Shown here one piece after another: positions 11,671 through 23,600 of a stretch of 64,000 bases of DNA. Origin of the DNA: Octopus sinensis. Taxonomy: Eukaryota. The notes beneath the pieces were generated by a model that ran no database searches, was not told the DNA's origin, and saw only the letters and a list, made by a program, of their open reading frames with translations. Where the stretch lies: contig NC_042999.1 of NCBI RefSeq assembly GCF_006345805.1, forward strand, positions 165,354,001 through 165,418,000, read 5' to 3'. A program made the translations under genes and the position numbers. Positions within the stretch are counted from its first letter, which is position 1. Each line of letters starts with the position of its first letter.

Positions 11671-12093
11671 GGATCTATTCGGTTTGAACGGCAGTTTTTT
11701 CTAGCGGTATCATGTGAAATTGTCACCCATAATTATGACCCTAGTGTCGATCTATTGCATTTCATTCTGTTTTAGGGTTAGGGTTAGGGTTAGTGAGGGA
11801 GGGTATCTTTTTTTTCTTCAGAAATGTAAATAAACCCAATCTGTTTCTTAAACGAGGGACATATTCATACGGCACAGAATGTTTTTTTATACCTCAAACA
11901 GTGATTGGTTGAAATTGCAGAAACTGAAGAAAAAAAAACAACAAATATCTTACAAACTATAGAATTTTCTCAATAAAGCCAAGAGAAAAAGATGTTTTAT
12001 AAACACATTCTACCAGTATACGAAGTTTTTAATTTTTTAGTTACCTAGAAATTATGTTACCTAGAAATTATGCCGTTCAAACCGAAAAAATCC
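11671..12093. mobile_element. MITE with about 33-bp imperfect TIRs and internal (TTAGGG)3
   Basis: ggatctattcggtttgaacggcagtttttctag / ctagaaattatgccgttcaaaccgaaaaaatcc; TTAGGG tract at 11772-11793. Confidence 0.8.
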
Positions 12094-12894
12094 ATTTCTT
12101 CTCTTAATAGTATTCAGACGACATAAAAGAAATATTGAGGAAAATTGCGTATATTTTTAAAAAATATATTCATGCCATCTGCAGACCCCCCCCCCCCCTA
12201 CACACACACACATCGCCATCTTACATAAATCTATGAATAGCGTTCGCATTATTACACCCACACACATACAGGCGCATATACGCACGCGTGCGCATACACA
12301 GACACACACACACAGACACACACACACAGACAATCACACACACACACAGACACACACACACACATTGCGTGACTATTCGAAGGCAAAGGAAGCGATCAAT
12401 GTAGACAAGAAAATAGAAATTGTGACGACTGTCTTCCAAGAAGTTGAGGCAAAATGCTTGTCACGGAAATAGGAAATATGTCATTTCATGTAGCTTGTCA
12501 ATCATAGGGCGAGAAATACGAAGAAATAGAAAATAATCGAAAGTTTTGGCATTATGTCTGCAAGAATTTCTAAATATTCAGAGAGAATTAAAACCTGTTT
12601 AAAGAACGAAGTTACCTCCCTTACCATGCATTATGTCCCTTGCAGCTATTATTTAAAAAAAAGCAAAAAACAGAAACTACCAAATTCTTTACCAAAAACA
12701 CGTGAAAACAAAAATAAGTACATCAGCGATTTCATGCGTTACTAATAAACACTCATAACTATAAATATTCATTATCAGAGATCTTTTTTGACATTAGCAA
12801 TTGTTGGCTAATCCTTCATCAAATCCTTGTCTCTTTCGTAGGGCAAGGGGCTAACAATTCTACCATAGAAATAGAACCTTGTATTACTGTAATT

Positions 12895-13499
12895 GGATCT
12901 TTTCTGTTGCTGTCACAGTTTTTCAAATCTTAAAATTTAGTAAAAATTTTCAAATTCGTGTGCATCTGATCTTGTTATTCATTCGCTCGAGAAAAATTTC
13001 AGAAAAATGTTACAGAAGTTTAAAGTTTCATTGTTTTTATCCAGTCAGAAAACGAGATTTGGAAGTTGGCAATATAAAAAGGGAAGATCCTCAATGAATC
13101 TTTTGTGTGTGTGTGTGTGTGTGTGAAAAATTACAAATAAAAAATTACATTATACAAATGTAGTTCAGCTCATATAAACAACTAATGCATTTTTTGTAGC
13201 AAAAATTCAAACAGGAAAGTTTGAGATACCCTAGGGTTAGAGTCAGGGTTTGAGTCAAAGATTAGAGTTGAGATTTAGAGTTAGAATTAGGGTTTAGTTT
13301 GGCGTTTAGGGTCGAATAGTGGGTGACCTGTAGTTAATCAATTAGTAACATATTTTCAGTGAACAATTTTCGAAAATTTTTCTGGAAAAGTGAATAACAA
13401 AATTAGACTCGGTGAGAAAAATGACAATAATGTAACAAGTTTGAAAATTTTCACTTAATTCTAAAGTGTCCAAAAATGTGATAGCAACTGAAAAGACTC
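12895..13499. mobile_element. Old fold-back MITE with long degenerate TIRs and a degenerate telomere-like hexamer tract
   Basis: ggatcttttctgttgctgtcacag vs the reverse complement of tgtgatagcaactgaaaagactc, with further matching blocks; tagggttagagtcagggtttgag... at 13232-13312; third TIR-like copy near 14631. Confidence 0.6.
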
Positions 13500-13620
13500 A
13501 CCAGTTTTCCTGTCTGATAAAATAAATAAGGCAAAACAAACATTCAAACAAGCATGTAAACAATTTAAAAAGGAAATATCCTCAATGAAATGTTTTTTGC
13601 AAAAAATTACAAAAAATAAA

Positions 13621-13764
13621 CACTTAGCGGTTCGGCAAAAGAGACCGATAGAATAAGTACTGGGCTTACAAAAGAATAAGTTCCGGGGTCGAGTTGCTCG
13701 ACTAAAGGCGGTGCTCCAGCATGGCCGCAGTCAAATGACTGAAACAAGTAAAAGAGTAAAAGAG
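13621..13764 (+). mobile_element. 5'-truncated CORE-SINE (3' part), CpG-intact
   Basis: Near-exact reverse match to 10484-10625. Confidence 0.9.
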
Positions 13765-13971
13765 TAATTCATTATACTTCAGTAATAGTTCAGTTCATAT
13801 AAATAATCAATATATTATATTTAGCTAAGACTAAAGTCCAGACTTTAGGTACTATAGAGGGCCATTGTGTTCGCCGGAATTCTCAGTTGTTTCGTTGCCG
13901 GGTGATGTGCAAGCTGTGATTCTTCGACGCGGTTGATGAAGCTGGTTCAAGGGAAGGCCGCAATTCGTTGA

Positions 13972-13982
13972 CGGGGTCACCA
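13972..13982 (-). promoter_or_regulatory. Primer binding site complementary to the tRNA-Trp 3' end
   Basis: TGGTGACCCCG on the minus strand, 2 nt after the LTR end ...CCACTACA; metazoan tRNA-Trp ends ...CGGGGUCACCA. Confidence 0.85.
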
Positions 13983-13984
13983 AA

Positions 13985-14450
13985 TGTAGTGGTTAAGTGT
14001 GTATGTAAATGAATACGTAAACCGATTCATGATTGAAAGGAATTTATTTACAGGGTTTGATTTCTTATTGGTACACTACATACAAAATGTAGGCAACTGC
14101 TACGAGTTGCTAGAAATACAGAGTACATATTAGGAATGAATATGTTTGTGTGTGTGCGTGTGTTCGTGTTTCATTCGAAACAGTAGTCTATCGGCACTTC
14201 GAACATTTCTCTCTGCCTCTGCGGTCTGCCAATAACTTGGTCGTAGATAGATCTATCTCGTCTGTCTGCTCCCGTCTGTCTGTCTCCTCTCCTGTTTCAC
14301 CTGGTTTTATAATATTTGTGGCAGCTAGAAAGACAGACATACTGCAGCAGAGTTTGTACCTAAATAGGTCAGCCCTGTCCAGTTGAACTTCGCCTGACAT
14401 GATGAGGTCGCAGGTCAAAGGGAGATGATCGATCAATTTTTGACAGGACA
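13985..14450 (-). mobile_element. Ty3/gypsy 5' LTR (U5 end exact, U3 end approximate)
   Basis: Ends in CA before the PBS; minus-strand AATAAA near 14045 and TATAAAA near 14310. Confidence 0.7.
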
Positions 14451-14815
14451 AAGAAAACCTTTTTTCGCGCCTGCTGATCGTCGTGGTTTGGACGACCGAG
14501 AATTCTTGGATTCGGTTTCAAATCTAGGCTTGGAGAAGGAAGTGTTAATTCTTACACCTTGAACCAAACCTTTTTTAAGTAATTTGCTGTGTGGTTTCGT
14601 TTGGTGAAAAAAAGGAAAATGAATTGAAATTGATCTTTTCTGGTGATGTCACAGTTTTCAATTTTTAAAGTTTTGTTCTAATTGTTAATAGCTTAAAAGC
14701 TATTTGAAGTAGTTTGGGTAATTTTGGGTAAAAGTTTGAAAATTTTGGGTAATTTTAGCCAATTGAAAGCCACAGATACATTGATGCCTGTTTCCAAACT
14801 AACAAGCCAAGTTGT

Positions 14816-17445
14816 TTGCTTAAAACTGCTACAACCACTATGTGTAATTTCTTTACCTGTTTCTTTTGCGATCGGGTAACAGGCACGCGTTTCCTGGTTG
14901 ACATCAGAGCGGAAGTCAGCATCATCCCTGTCTCCAACACTTCTGGAAAAAGAAAAGAGACACCAGTCTGTCTTCAGGCAGTCAACCATTCACCCATCCC
15001 AACCTACGGTGAACAGTCCCTAACACTGAACTTAGGACTACGCCGCACCTTTTAGTGGGCATTCGTCGTCGCTAAACTGCCGACCCCTATCTTAGGAACC
15101 GATTTCCTGCATCATTTCGGTCTCCTGGTGGACATTAAGAACAGACGACTTGTCGACAGCACCACCAACTATATTGCTTACAACAACGACTCGTCACAGT
15201 TCTATCCTGAAGGAATATCTGGACGTCGCTCGACCAGTATTCCACAACCAGCCGATCAAGCATGACGTTACCCACCACATCAAAACCAGCGGTCCACCTG
15301 TTGCTGCAAGACCCAGAAGGTTACCACCTGATCGTTTCCAGGCCGTCAAGCGGGAATTCCAGCACATGCTCGACCTCGGAATCATCCGCCCTTCCAGCAG
15401 CAACTGGTCCTCGCCGATACACTGCATCCCAAAAAATCATCGACCGATTGGCGGGTTTGCGGCGATTATCGATCGCTGAATAAAAGTACTATCAGTGATG
15501 CCTACCCGATCCCATTTCTTCAAGATTTTTCAAGCTCGCTGTATGGAGCTCGCATCTTTTCCAAAAATCGATCTTGTGCGAGCATACAACCAAATCCCAG
15601 TGGAACATGCGGACATCTCGAAGACAACAGTTACTACACCTTTCGGAATGTTTGAATTCCTGCGTATGCCTTTCAGTTTACGCAACGCGGCACAGACATT
15701 CCAAAGGTTTATCGACATGGTGACTAGAGGTTTGCCTTTCGTCTATGCCTACATAGACGACATACTCGTGGCCAGTAACTCGGACGAAGAGCATAACCAA
15801 CACCTTCACCTGCTATTCGAACGCCTCCGCAAATACGGTGTCGTAATCAACCCCAGTAAGTGTTTGTTCGGAGTTGCTTCCCTTCATTTTCTCGGGCACA
15901 TCGTCGATAAGGATGGAATTCGTCCCCTTCCCAAGAAAGTCAAGGCCATCGTGGATTTTCCACCACCCACATCTCTCCGCAAATTAAGGGAATATCTCGG
16001 TCTAGCGAATTTCTATCGACGGTTCGTGCCCCACCTCGCTGAGATAGCGCAACCGCTCACGGATTTGCTACGTCAGTGAACTTGCAAAAATACGGATATT
16101 GCACTGACCGAAGAGCAACTCGCTTCTTTCGCTGCCCTGAAAAAAGCGTTATCCAACGCTACCATGTTGGTTTATCCAAAACCAGACGCCCCACGATGAT
16201 TACTCCTTGATGCATCCGATTCCGGAGTTGGAGGTGTACTACAGCAGCTTGTTGACGGCATATGGCAACCGTTGTCCTTCTTTTCTAAGCGGTTAAAACC
16301 CGCGGAAACCAAATACAGCACATTCAGTCGGTAATTATTGGCGGCATACCTGACCGTTAAGCATTTCCGTCACATGCTAGAAGGTACCAATTTTGCGGTA
16401 TACACCGACCACAAGCCACTCGCCGAGAGAAATCTGCCACCTCGACTTCATATCGCAGTATACGACGGATATACGCCACATCAAAGGGACGACCAACTTA
16501 GCAGCCGATGCACTTTCACGCACGCAGATCAATGCTATCCACACCACGGCTACAATTGATCTGGCACGTATAGCAGCTGACCAGGAGAATGACGAAGAAC
16601 TTCTAAAGCTCCGGAATTCGTCATTTCTGAAATTTCAGCATGTTCCGCTACCATCGTCCACAGCCCATATTTGGTGTGATATCTCCACTGGTCACCAACG
16701 CCCTTATGTACCACAGAAACATCGTCGAGAAGTTTTCTCCGCTCTGCATTCTCTGTCACATCCTGGTATTCGCTCCACTCAAAAGCTGATATCGACCCGT
16801 TTTGTGTGGACCAGTATCAACAAGTATATCAGAGAATGGACCAAGTGCTGTGTCGCGTGCCAAAAAGCGAAAATCCACCGGCACAATCGGTTCATTTTTG
16901 CAACCCGACGCACGATTTCAGCACGTTCACATTGATATCGTCGGACCCCTTCCACCTTCGCAGAATTATACACATTTGCTCACCTGCATAGACGGTTTTT
17001 CGCGATGGGCAAAAGCTGGCTCTTATCTGATACATCGGCAGAAATGGTCGCCAAAACGCTGATATCACAATGGGTTTCGCGTTTTGGCACACCCGCAACA
17101 ATCACCACCGACAGAGGACGTCAGTTCGATTCCCACCTCTTCACCGAGCTGACTCGTCTCCTCGGGTGTAAACACACCCGCACTACGGCTTACTACCCTG
17201 AAGCAAATGGCATGGTTGAACGCTTTCACCGCCAACTCAAGGCATCTATAAAAGCATCTTCAGACAGTTCTCACTGGCTGGAACATCTCCCTCGGTATTA
17301 GATCCACGGTTAAGGAGGAAGTTGGATATACTCCGGCTGAACTCGTCTATGGCACAGCACTCACCTTACCTGGGCAGATGATCGAACCTGTTTCATCACA
17401 AGATTTTCTTGACCCAGCACAATATGTGCACCGATTACAGACATC
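14816..17445 (+). mobile_element. Ty3/gypsy pol relic (PR-RT-RNaseH-IN), CsRn1-like, disrupted
   Basis: FLVDIRAEVS (decayed DTG), [58 protein letters not shown]...CVAC, HVHIDIVGPL, TTDRGRQF, NGMVERFHRQLK; stops, frameshifts and deletions. Confidence 0.96.
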
Positions 17446-19479
17446 CAAGTGTCCCCAAAAATCAATAAAATCCCCATTTTCACACCAAGCTACCACTGTA
17501 GCGCCCCAAAAACGTCTCCCAATCAATTTCTCACCTCAAGTTACCCCCTCCTGTAAATTTTAATTCCCTTCCAGCCCCATTTAGCTTAACATCTGATCCT
17601 TTGTATATAAAAGTTTTATTACACAACACCAAAGGGAACTATAAAGAGTAATATTGATTTCAAATTTTGACACAAGGCCAGCAATTTTAGTGGAGGGCTA
17701 AGTCAATTACATAAGCCCCAGTACTCAACTGGTACTTATTTTATCAACCCTCAGAAGAATGAAAGCCCTCAGCAGAATTTGAACTCAGAATGTAAAGACA
17801 GGCAGAAAGCCACAAAGCATTTTGCTCAGCTTGCCACTTTATATAAGGGGCACTAGTAGCAGTATTTAAATCCTTAAAAATGCTTTAGCCCGAAGGCCGC
17901 AGCCATGCTGGGACACCACCGCTGAAAGGTGACAAACAGAATCATTATTACACCAGACACAATTTTTAGTGACATTTCATTTGTTTTTACATTCTGAGTT
18001 CAACTTCCACTAAGATCAGCTTTACCTTTCATCCTTTTGGAGTGGTTGATAAATTCAGTACCAGTTGAGCACTGGGGCCAAAGTAATCAACTTACAACCA
18101 CCAACCCAAAATTTGAAACCAATATTAACAGTATTTCTAGTTCTATGAATTTAGTTTAAAATATACAATTTAACCAGTAATAAGTGGTGCGTGGAAAAAT
18201 AAAATTTATCAGGAAAGGAAATATAACACACTTTCCAACACAGGGAAAATCAAGGACAGAAAGGAATGGGAAAAAGCTTTTAAATAAAGAAAAAAGGTGG
18301 CTGATGGAAACTGTGTGGAAGCCTTTGACAATGCTTGTCGAGATTGAAAAGGGATATTAAAAAGATCAATTTAGCCTTTCGTCTTTTCTAAATCAATAAA
18401 TGCCAGTCAAGTGCTGGAGTCAGTGTAATCCACTAACCTATACCCTCAAAATTGCTGACCTCAGGCCTAAATCAGAACTCATTATTAAAGAGTGGAAGAG
18501 TGTCAACAATTATCGCTAATATTTGGTTGGGGCTCGGTATGGAGTTGGTCGAATTGGTAGCATGCCAAGAAAAATGCTTGGCAGTATTTTGTTTGTCTTC
18601 ACATTCTGAATTCAAATTCTGCTGAGTTCAACTTTGCCATTCGTCCTTTCGGGGGTCAATAAAATAAGTACCAGTTGAACACTAGGGTCAATGCAATCAA
18701 CTCATTCCCCCTCCCCTGAAATTGCTAGCCTTGTACCAAAATTTGAAATCAATATTTGGTTGGGGCCAAGTATTTTTGTCCGTCTGGTGCCAAGTTATGT
18801 CTTTATGCAAAAAAAAGTAATAACTTGTTTGTTCAATAAAAGGAATGATAAAATTAGTACCAGATTGAAATAATGAGCTCAGAAAACTGTTAAAAGTGGA
18901 CCACAATGGCCACGATCTCATGACAAAAATCAATTAAGGAATATATACAAGACCACAAGTATGGGGGGGGGAGGATACACATGATTAAATCAATTTCTGC
19001 TGAAGGATAAAACACAAGGCCAACTCCAATAGGATTTCAACTCAGAGCACTAAAGTGAACATAGCAACTGCTCTAGCAATACTGCCACCAGAAATTATGA
19101 AATAAAGGTGCCAACTTCAGGCTAAACAAGGGTTTTCTACTTTCAGTATTCCTTTCTGGACTATCCCTCAAGAGTTTTGTTTAAATAACCAAATTTTGTT
19201 TGCTAAACAAGATAGTTGCATAATTTATACATAAGAAAAATTATAAATTTTAACCATCCTAATGATAGGTAATCTGTGTTCAGAACCATATTTGAAGAAA
19301 GATTATGTCATGAGTGGATTTGAACCCAACACTTTAATTAAATAGCATTCATAAGGCTTACCTGAAAGCTGTACATACAAACACTACTTAAATATACAAA
19401 TAATTGGACTAAGGTACTATTATGTTTGTATGTTGCCAGAGACAAAGTAATACTGATGATATGAGCTATATTTTCTCTT

Positions 19480-19960
19480 TTCTTTTAGACTGTTTTCCAT
19501 CATTGGACAGCAACCGTACCAGGGAACCACCTTAAAGTGCTTAAAAAAAATAAATAAAAAAAAAGAGCCTTAATATGCAAGTCAGATATTTATACTATCA
19601 GTCTCTTTTACCCAATTGCTAAGTTGCAGGGATGCAAACAAACCCACACCAGTTATCAAGCAATGGAGATAAGCACAGACACATATGTGTATATGGGCTT
19701 CCATACAATTTCCATCAACCAAATATTCACAAGACATTAAGTACCAGTTGAGCACTGGGGCCAAAGTAATCAACTTACAACCACCAACCCAAAATTTGAA
19801 ACCAATATTAACAGTATTTCTAGTTCTATGAATTTAGTTTAAAATATACAACTTAACCAGTAATAAGTGGTGCGTGGATGATCAAAGACACTTGCCCATG
19901 ATATCATACTGTGGGACTGAACTTGAAACTACAGCATTGCAAAGCAAATTTCTTAACCAC
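19480..19960 (-). mobile_element. Decayed CORE-SINE interrupted by a 139-bp local duplication
   Basis: SINE core matches on both sides of 19740-19878. Confidence 0.7.
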
Positions 19961-20252
19961 ATATACTTGTGCAAACACCTACTTTACCAGCTTCAGCAGA
20001 AACCTACTTTGATCTAATCCTTGCATGTATGGAATACTGTTGTTACTGCAACATACACTAACATTCTAGATGAGATAAAAAAATTTTTTAATTAAAATTT
20101 TTTTTTTTAAATGCTGTTTGGTAGATTAAGAAGGATGCCTCTTCTATAACATCTGGTCTTCTGTAGTGGTTGGTAGTGTACTTTTTCCCCCATTAGCCAA
20201 ATCAAACATTTCACTGTCTTCTCCCAGGGATGCAAACCTCTAGAATTCCTAA

Positions 20253-20441
20253 CCCACCAGCATTCAGATTGTCAAATGTAATACTTCTTTATTCACATTG
20301 TTTTCAATTAATCATTATCTCGTTGCTATGAGACTTCAATGATGTGATTTAATTTTTAGAATGAAATTGTAAGGTAACCAGTTTGAACATAAAACAAGTA
20401 GGGTATTTCAGCCAGATATAGCAAGTTTAAATGCTAAAGGG
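20253..20441. mobile_element. TTAA-flanked CCC...GGG MITE (piggyBac-type ends)
   Basis: ctaa|ccc..cagcattcag ... aatgctaaaggg|ttaa; reverse-orientation sibling of 29550-29753. Confidence 0.65.
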
Positions 20442-20630
20442 TTAAGCTACAAGTTTTCTCACCATCTGAAAGATACTGCAAAACATCAGGGATACTGTCC
20501 CCTCATGCTTCAACCAAACACAAGTACATTAAAAAAAAATATATATACACAAGTCATCTGACAAGCAATTACAGTTATACAATTGGGGTAGATGACCAAA
20601 TAAGGCACTGGTAGTATTTTCGAAATAAAA

Positions 20631-20643
20631 TTTATTTTTTATT
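20631..20643 (-). terminator. Candidate distal polyadenylation signals (two AATAAA) of the kelch gene
   Basis: tttatt at 20631-20636 and 20638-20643 at the end of a repeat-poor 5.5 kb stretch downstream of the stop. AATAAA is common in AT-rich DNA, so this is weak. Confidence 0.2.
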
Positions 20644-23600
20644 CATTAAAACAAATGTACTAAAAGAAATTCTAGACTTGTAAAGCTTGCAAGTTTGCCT
20701 TTTAATAAATTAAACTGCTTTCCAAGATATCTAATTTGTAAACAAAGTAATTTTTGGAAATTCATCTTTAAATAAATAAAAAAAAAAAAAACTAAAATCA
20801 TGCTTACTCATCTTTTATTAAAATTTACAAAAGAAAAAAAAATCAAATTCCAGCACAGATGATATAAAATATGTTAATTTAATATGTTTACAAATATATA
20901 ATTATATACACGAGATACAAAAGTAAATAAGCAAAATTGTTGACACAATCTTGTAGATACATGACAAAACTGGTTCAAATATACAAATAAGTGAAAAATA
21001 AAGGGTCTCCTTTGTGTAAGACTTAATATTGGTCCATTTAATAGAGAGAAGGCAGGACAAGACTGGCAAGTGTAACCTAAAGGAAATCATCAAGGTCAAT
21101 GGAGGGATGAACGAAAGATGAAAGCAGATGCCCAGAACCAGCTCAAAATGACATAAAATATGAAAATGAAGACTTTCTGGTTTGAAAAACATAGCCATTA
21201 TTTTTCAGTGAAGTAAGAATCAACTAATATTGAAAGTGAAAGAAGGGAAAATAAGTATCGTTGTATTAAATATCAATTTTTTTTAAATATCTAACTAGAC
21301 ATTGAAGAAATGATGTAAATCTAAAGCAAAATTCAGTAACACTACAACTTTAAACCAAATATATCAGATATTAAAGGGAAGGGTGTATGTAAAACTTCCA
21401 ATAAATCTCATCTTTATTGAACAAAACTACAGTTAAACTAGAAAAGCAAGTGTAATTCTACTCAAACTACAAACACTTAACTGGTTTCTACTATCAACCA
21501 ACAAATACTAAATTGGGCTAAGATAGGCTAAAAAAAAATCTAAGTACAAACAACTTAAAATTCACCATAATAAAGAGGATGGAGAAATTAGCCGTGATGT
21601 AAAAAACCATCTACAGCAAAAGTATTCAACTATACTTTATTTTCATTCCAATAGGGCCACCATGGTTACAGCTATCAAAAATTCTCTTCGAACCAACTAA
21701 CCGTAGTTCATCTCTATACATTACATTGATAAAGTTTATCTAGAACACACTACCAGTTATCATACTGAACATAATAACCATATACATAACAAGGTCTCAT
21801 GCTTTTGCATAGCTTGGATAATAATGCCACTGAGATTATCCATTAACTTTTGAGTGGCTCGTGGAAGGATTTTATATCATGAATGAGGTAATAGTATCAT
21901 CTGTTGCTCACAAGACCAAATTGTCCCTCTTCATAATACCTATTCACAGCTCAATGGATTGGACCAATAAGTATTAGGTGCATTTATGTAGCAGCATAAC
22001 GATGCACTAATGAAAGAAAAACAAAATTTCAACCTGTTATCCTAACAATTCAGTTGGTAGTGTTCGTATCACACACAACATCAAGATCACTACATTTCCT
22101 CAACTTCCATGAAAGCTTGATAATTCTATCTCATCTCCATGAAGCATAACAGCATGTATTGCAAACATTCACCGGGTAAAGGATGAGGGATGGGCAAGCT
22201 TATCATCGTAACACTACCAACATTAAAATTTTAACAAAATCAAATTTGGGAAATATTAACAGAAAAAAATAAACATTCTTTAAGATTCATGTTATCAACA
22301 ATGGTACATAAAAGGTAAATGATAAAACCAGGTGGGTTTAAACTAGTCTCAAATTTTCACTTATGAAAACTGCTTTTTGAAAATTTTGAATAAACCTCTA
22401 AACCTTAAAAAGCTGTGCTGTTTCAAAAAATGAACAAAGACAACAGAAGGGGAAAAAGGGAACTCTTTGGTCTTATTGAGGATGATCTCTAATACAGGGA
22501 GCATGATAAAATCCACCCCAGTCTAAGTTGTCAAATGGTTGGTGATAAGGGCACCAGACATAAAACAAATGCCAAAAACAACATAGAAAACTAGCTGTTG
22601 TATATGCCTGATGATGGAGGACTGCAATGGATGGTGTAACATTGTGAGATCTGCCTATTTCATGCCAGCGTGGAGAAACAAATATAAAATGATGATACGG
22701 GGTGGGGGGGGGGTGACTGCTCTATTTATAAAGAATGTGGGATAGAGAAAAACGGACATTTGTGCAGAATAGCAGCAACTGAAATTGTATTAAACTGAAC
22801 AAATTACAAGTAACTATACTGAATGATAATGCTCAACAGATCACATGGAAAAATAACAGATTAGATGTAGATCACAAGAAACATCTCAACAGCTGGCATA
22901 AGTCACAAAAAAACATCTTATTAAAGCTCATGAGAAAGATCTTAAGTGGAAAAAAAAAATCCCTTCAATTTTAATACCATGTCATTTATTTCAATAGATA
23001 AAATATCACAACTGATAAAATGATTAGAAATGACAACAAAATCTTGACATTTTTCTAAACTTCAAGTAGCAACTTGGGTGACTTGGTTGGAACAGGTGAG
23101 AATTAGGTGAGGCGAGAACATTGAACAAGATCAATAATTTGCACTGCAACAATGTGAAGGTGGCAGCCAGTCAAAAACAGATATTAGATGTAACATATCT
23201 TTAGTATAAATTCAATAGAAAAACAGCTGAAGGAAGAGGTAGAGGCTATATACAAATGGTGCTGAATTAAAACAAAAGATATCTTAGAACTTGCTGGTTG
23301 TCAACTTGCCATTAACCCCAAAAGTAATTCTAGATAAAAATTTTTTTTAAAACTGTATTCCTACATGGTCAGTATATATTGATTGATAGAAAGGTTAGGT
23401 TTTAATAAATAACATTTTTTTCTCCTTTTACATATGAGTGAAGATAATTCCCATATGAATCCATTCTGAGGTTGGTGCAGATAATATGGAACTTATATAA
23501 GTGTATTGAAGGAATATGTTGAGAGAATTTCACAGCAGTGGTCAGTTTTGGAAATGAGGTGCAATGTGGCATGATGCTTAGAGAAAGAAACTTATTACAG

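Noticed and set aside
11772-11793. Telomere fusion or healing scar
   Set aside because: Only three units, lying between MITE TIRs.
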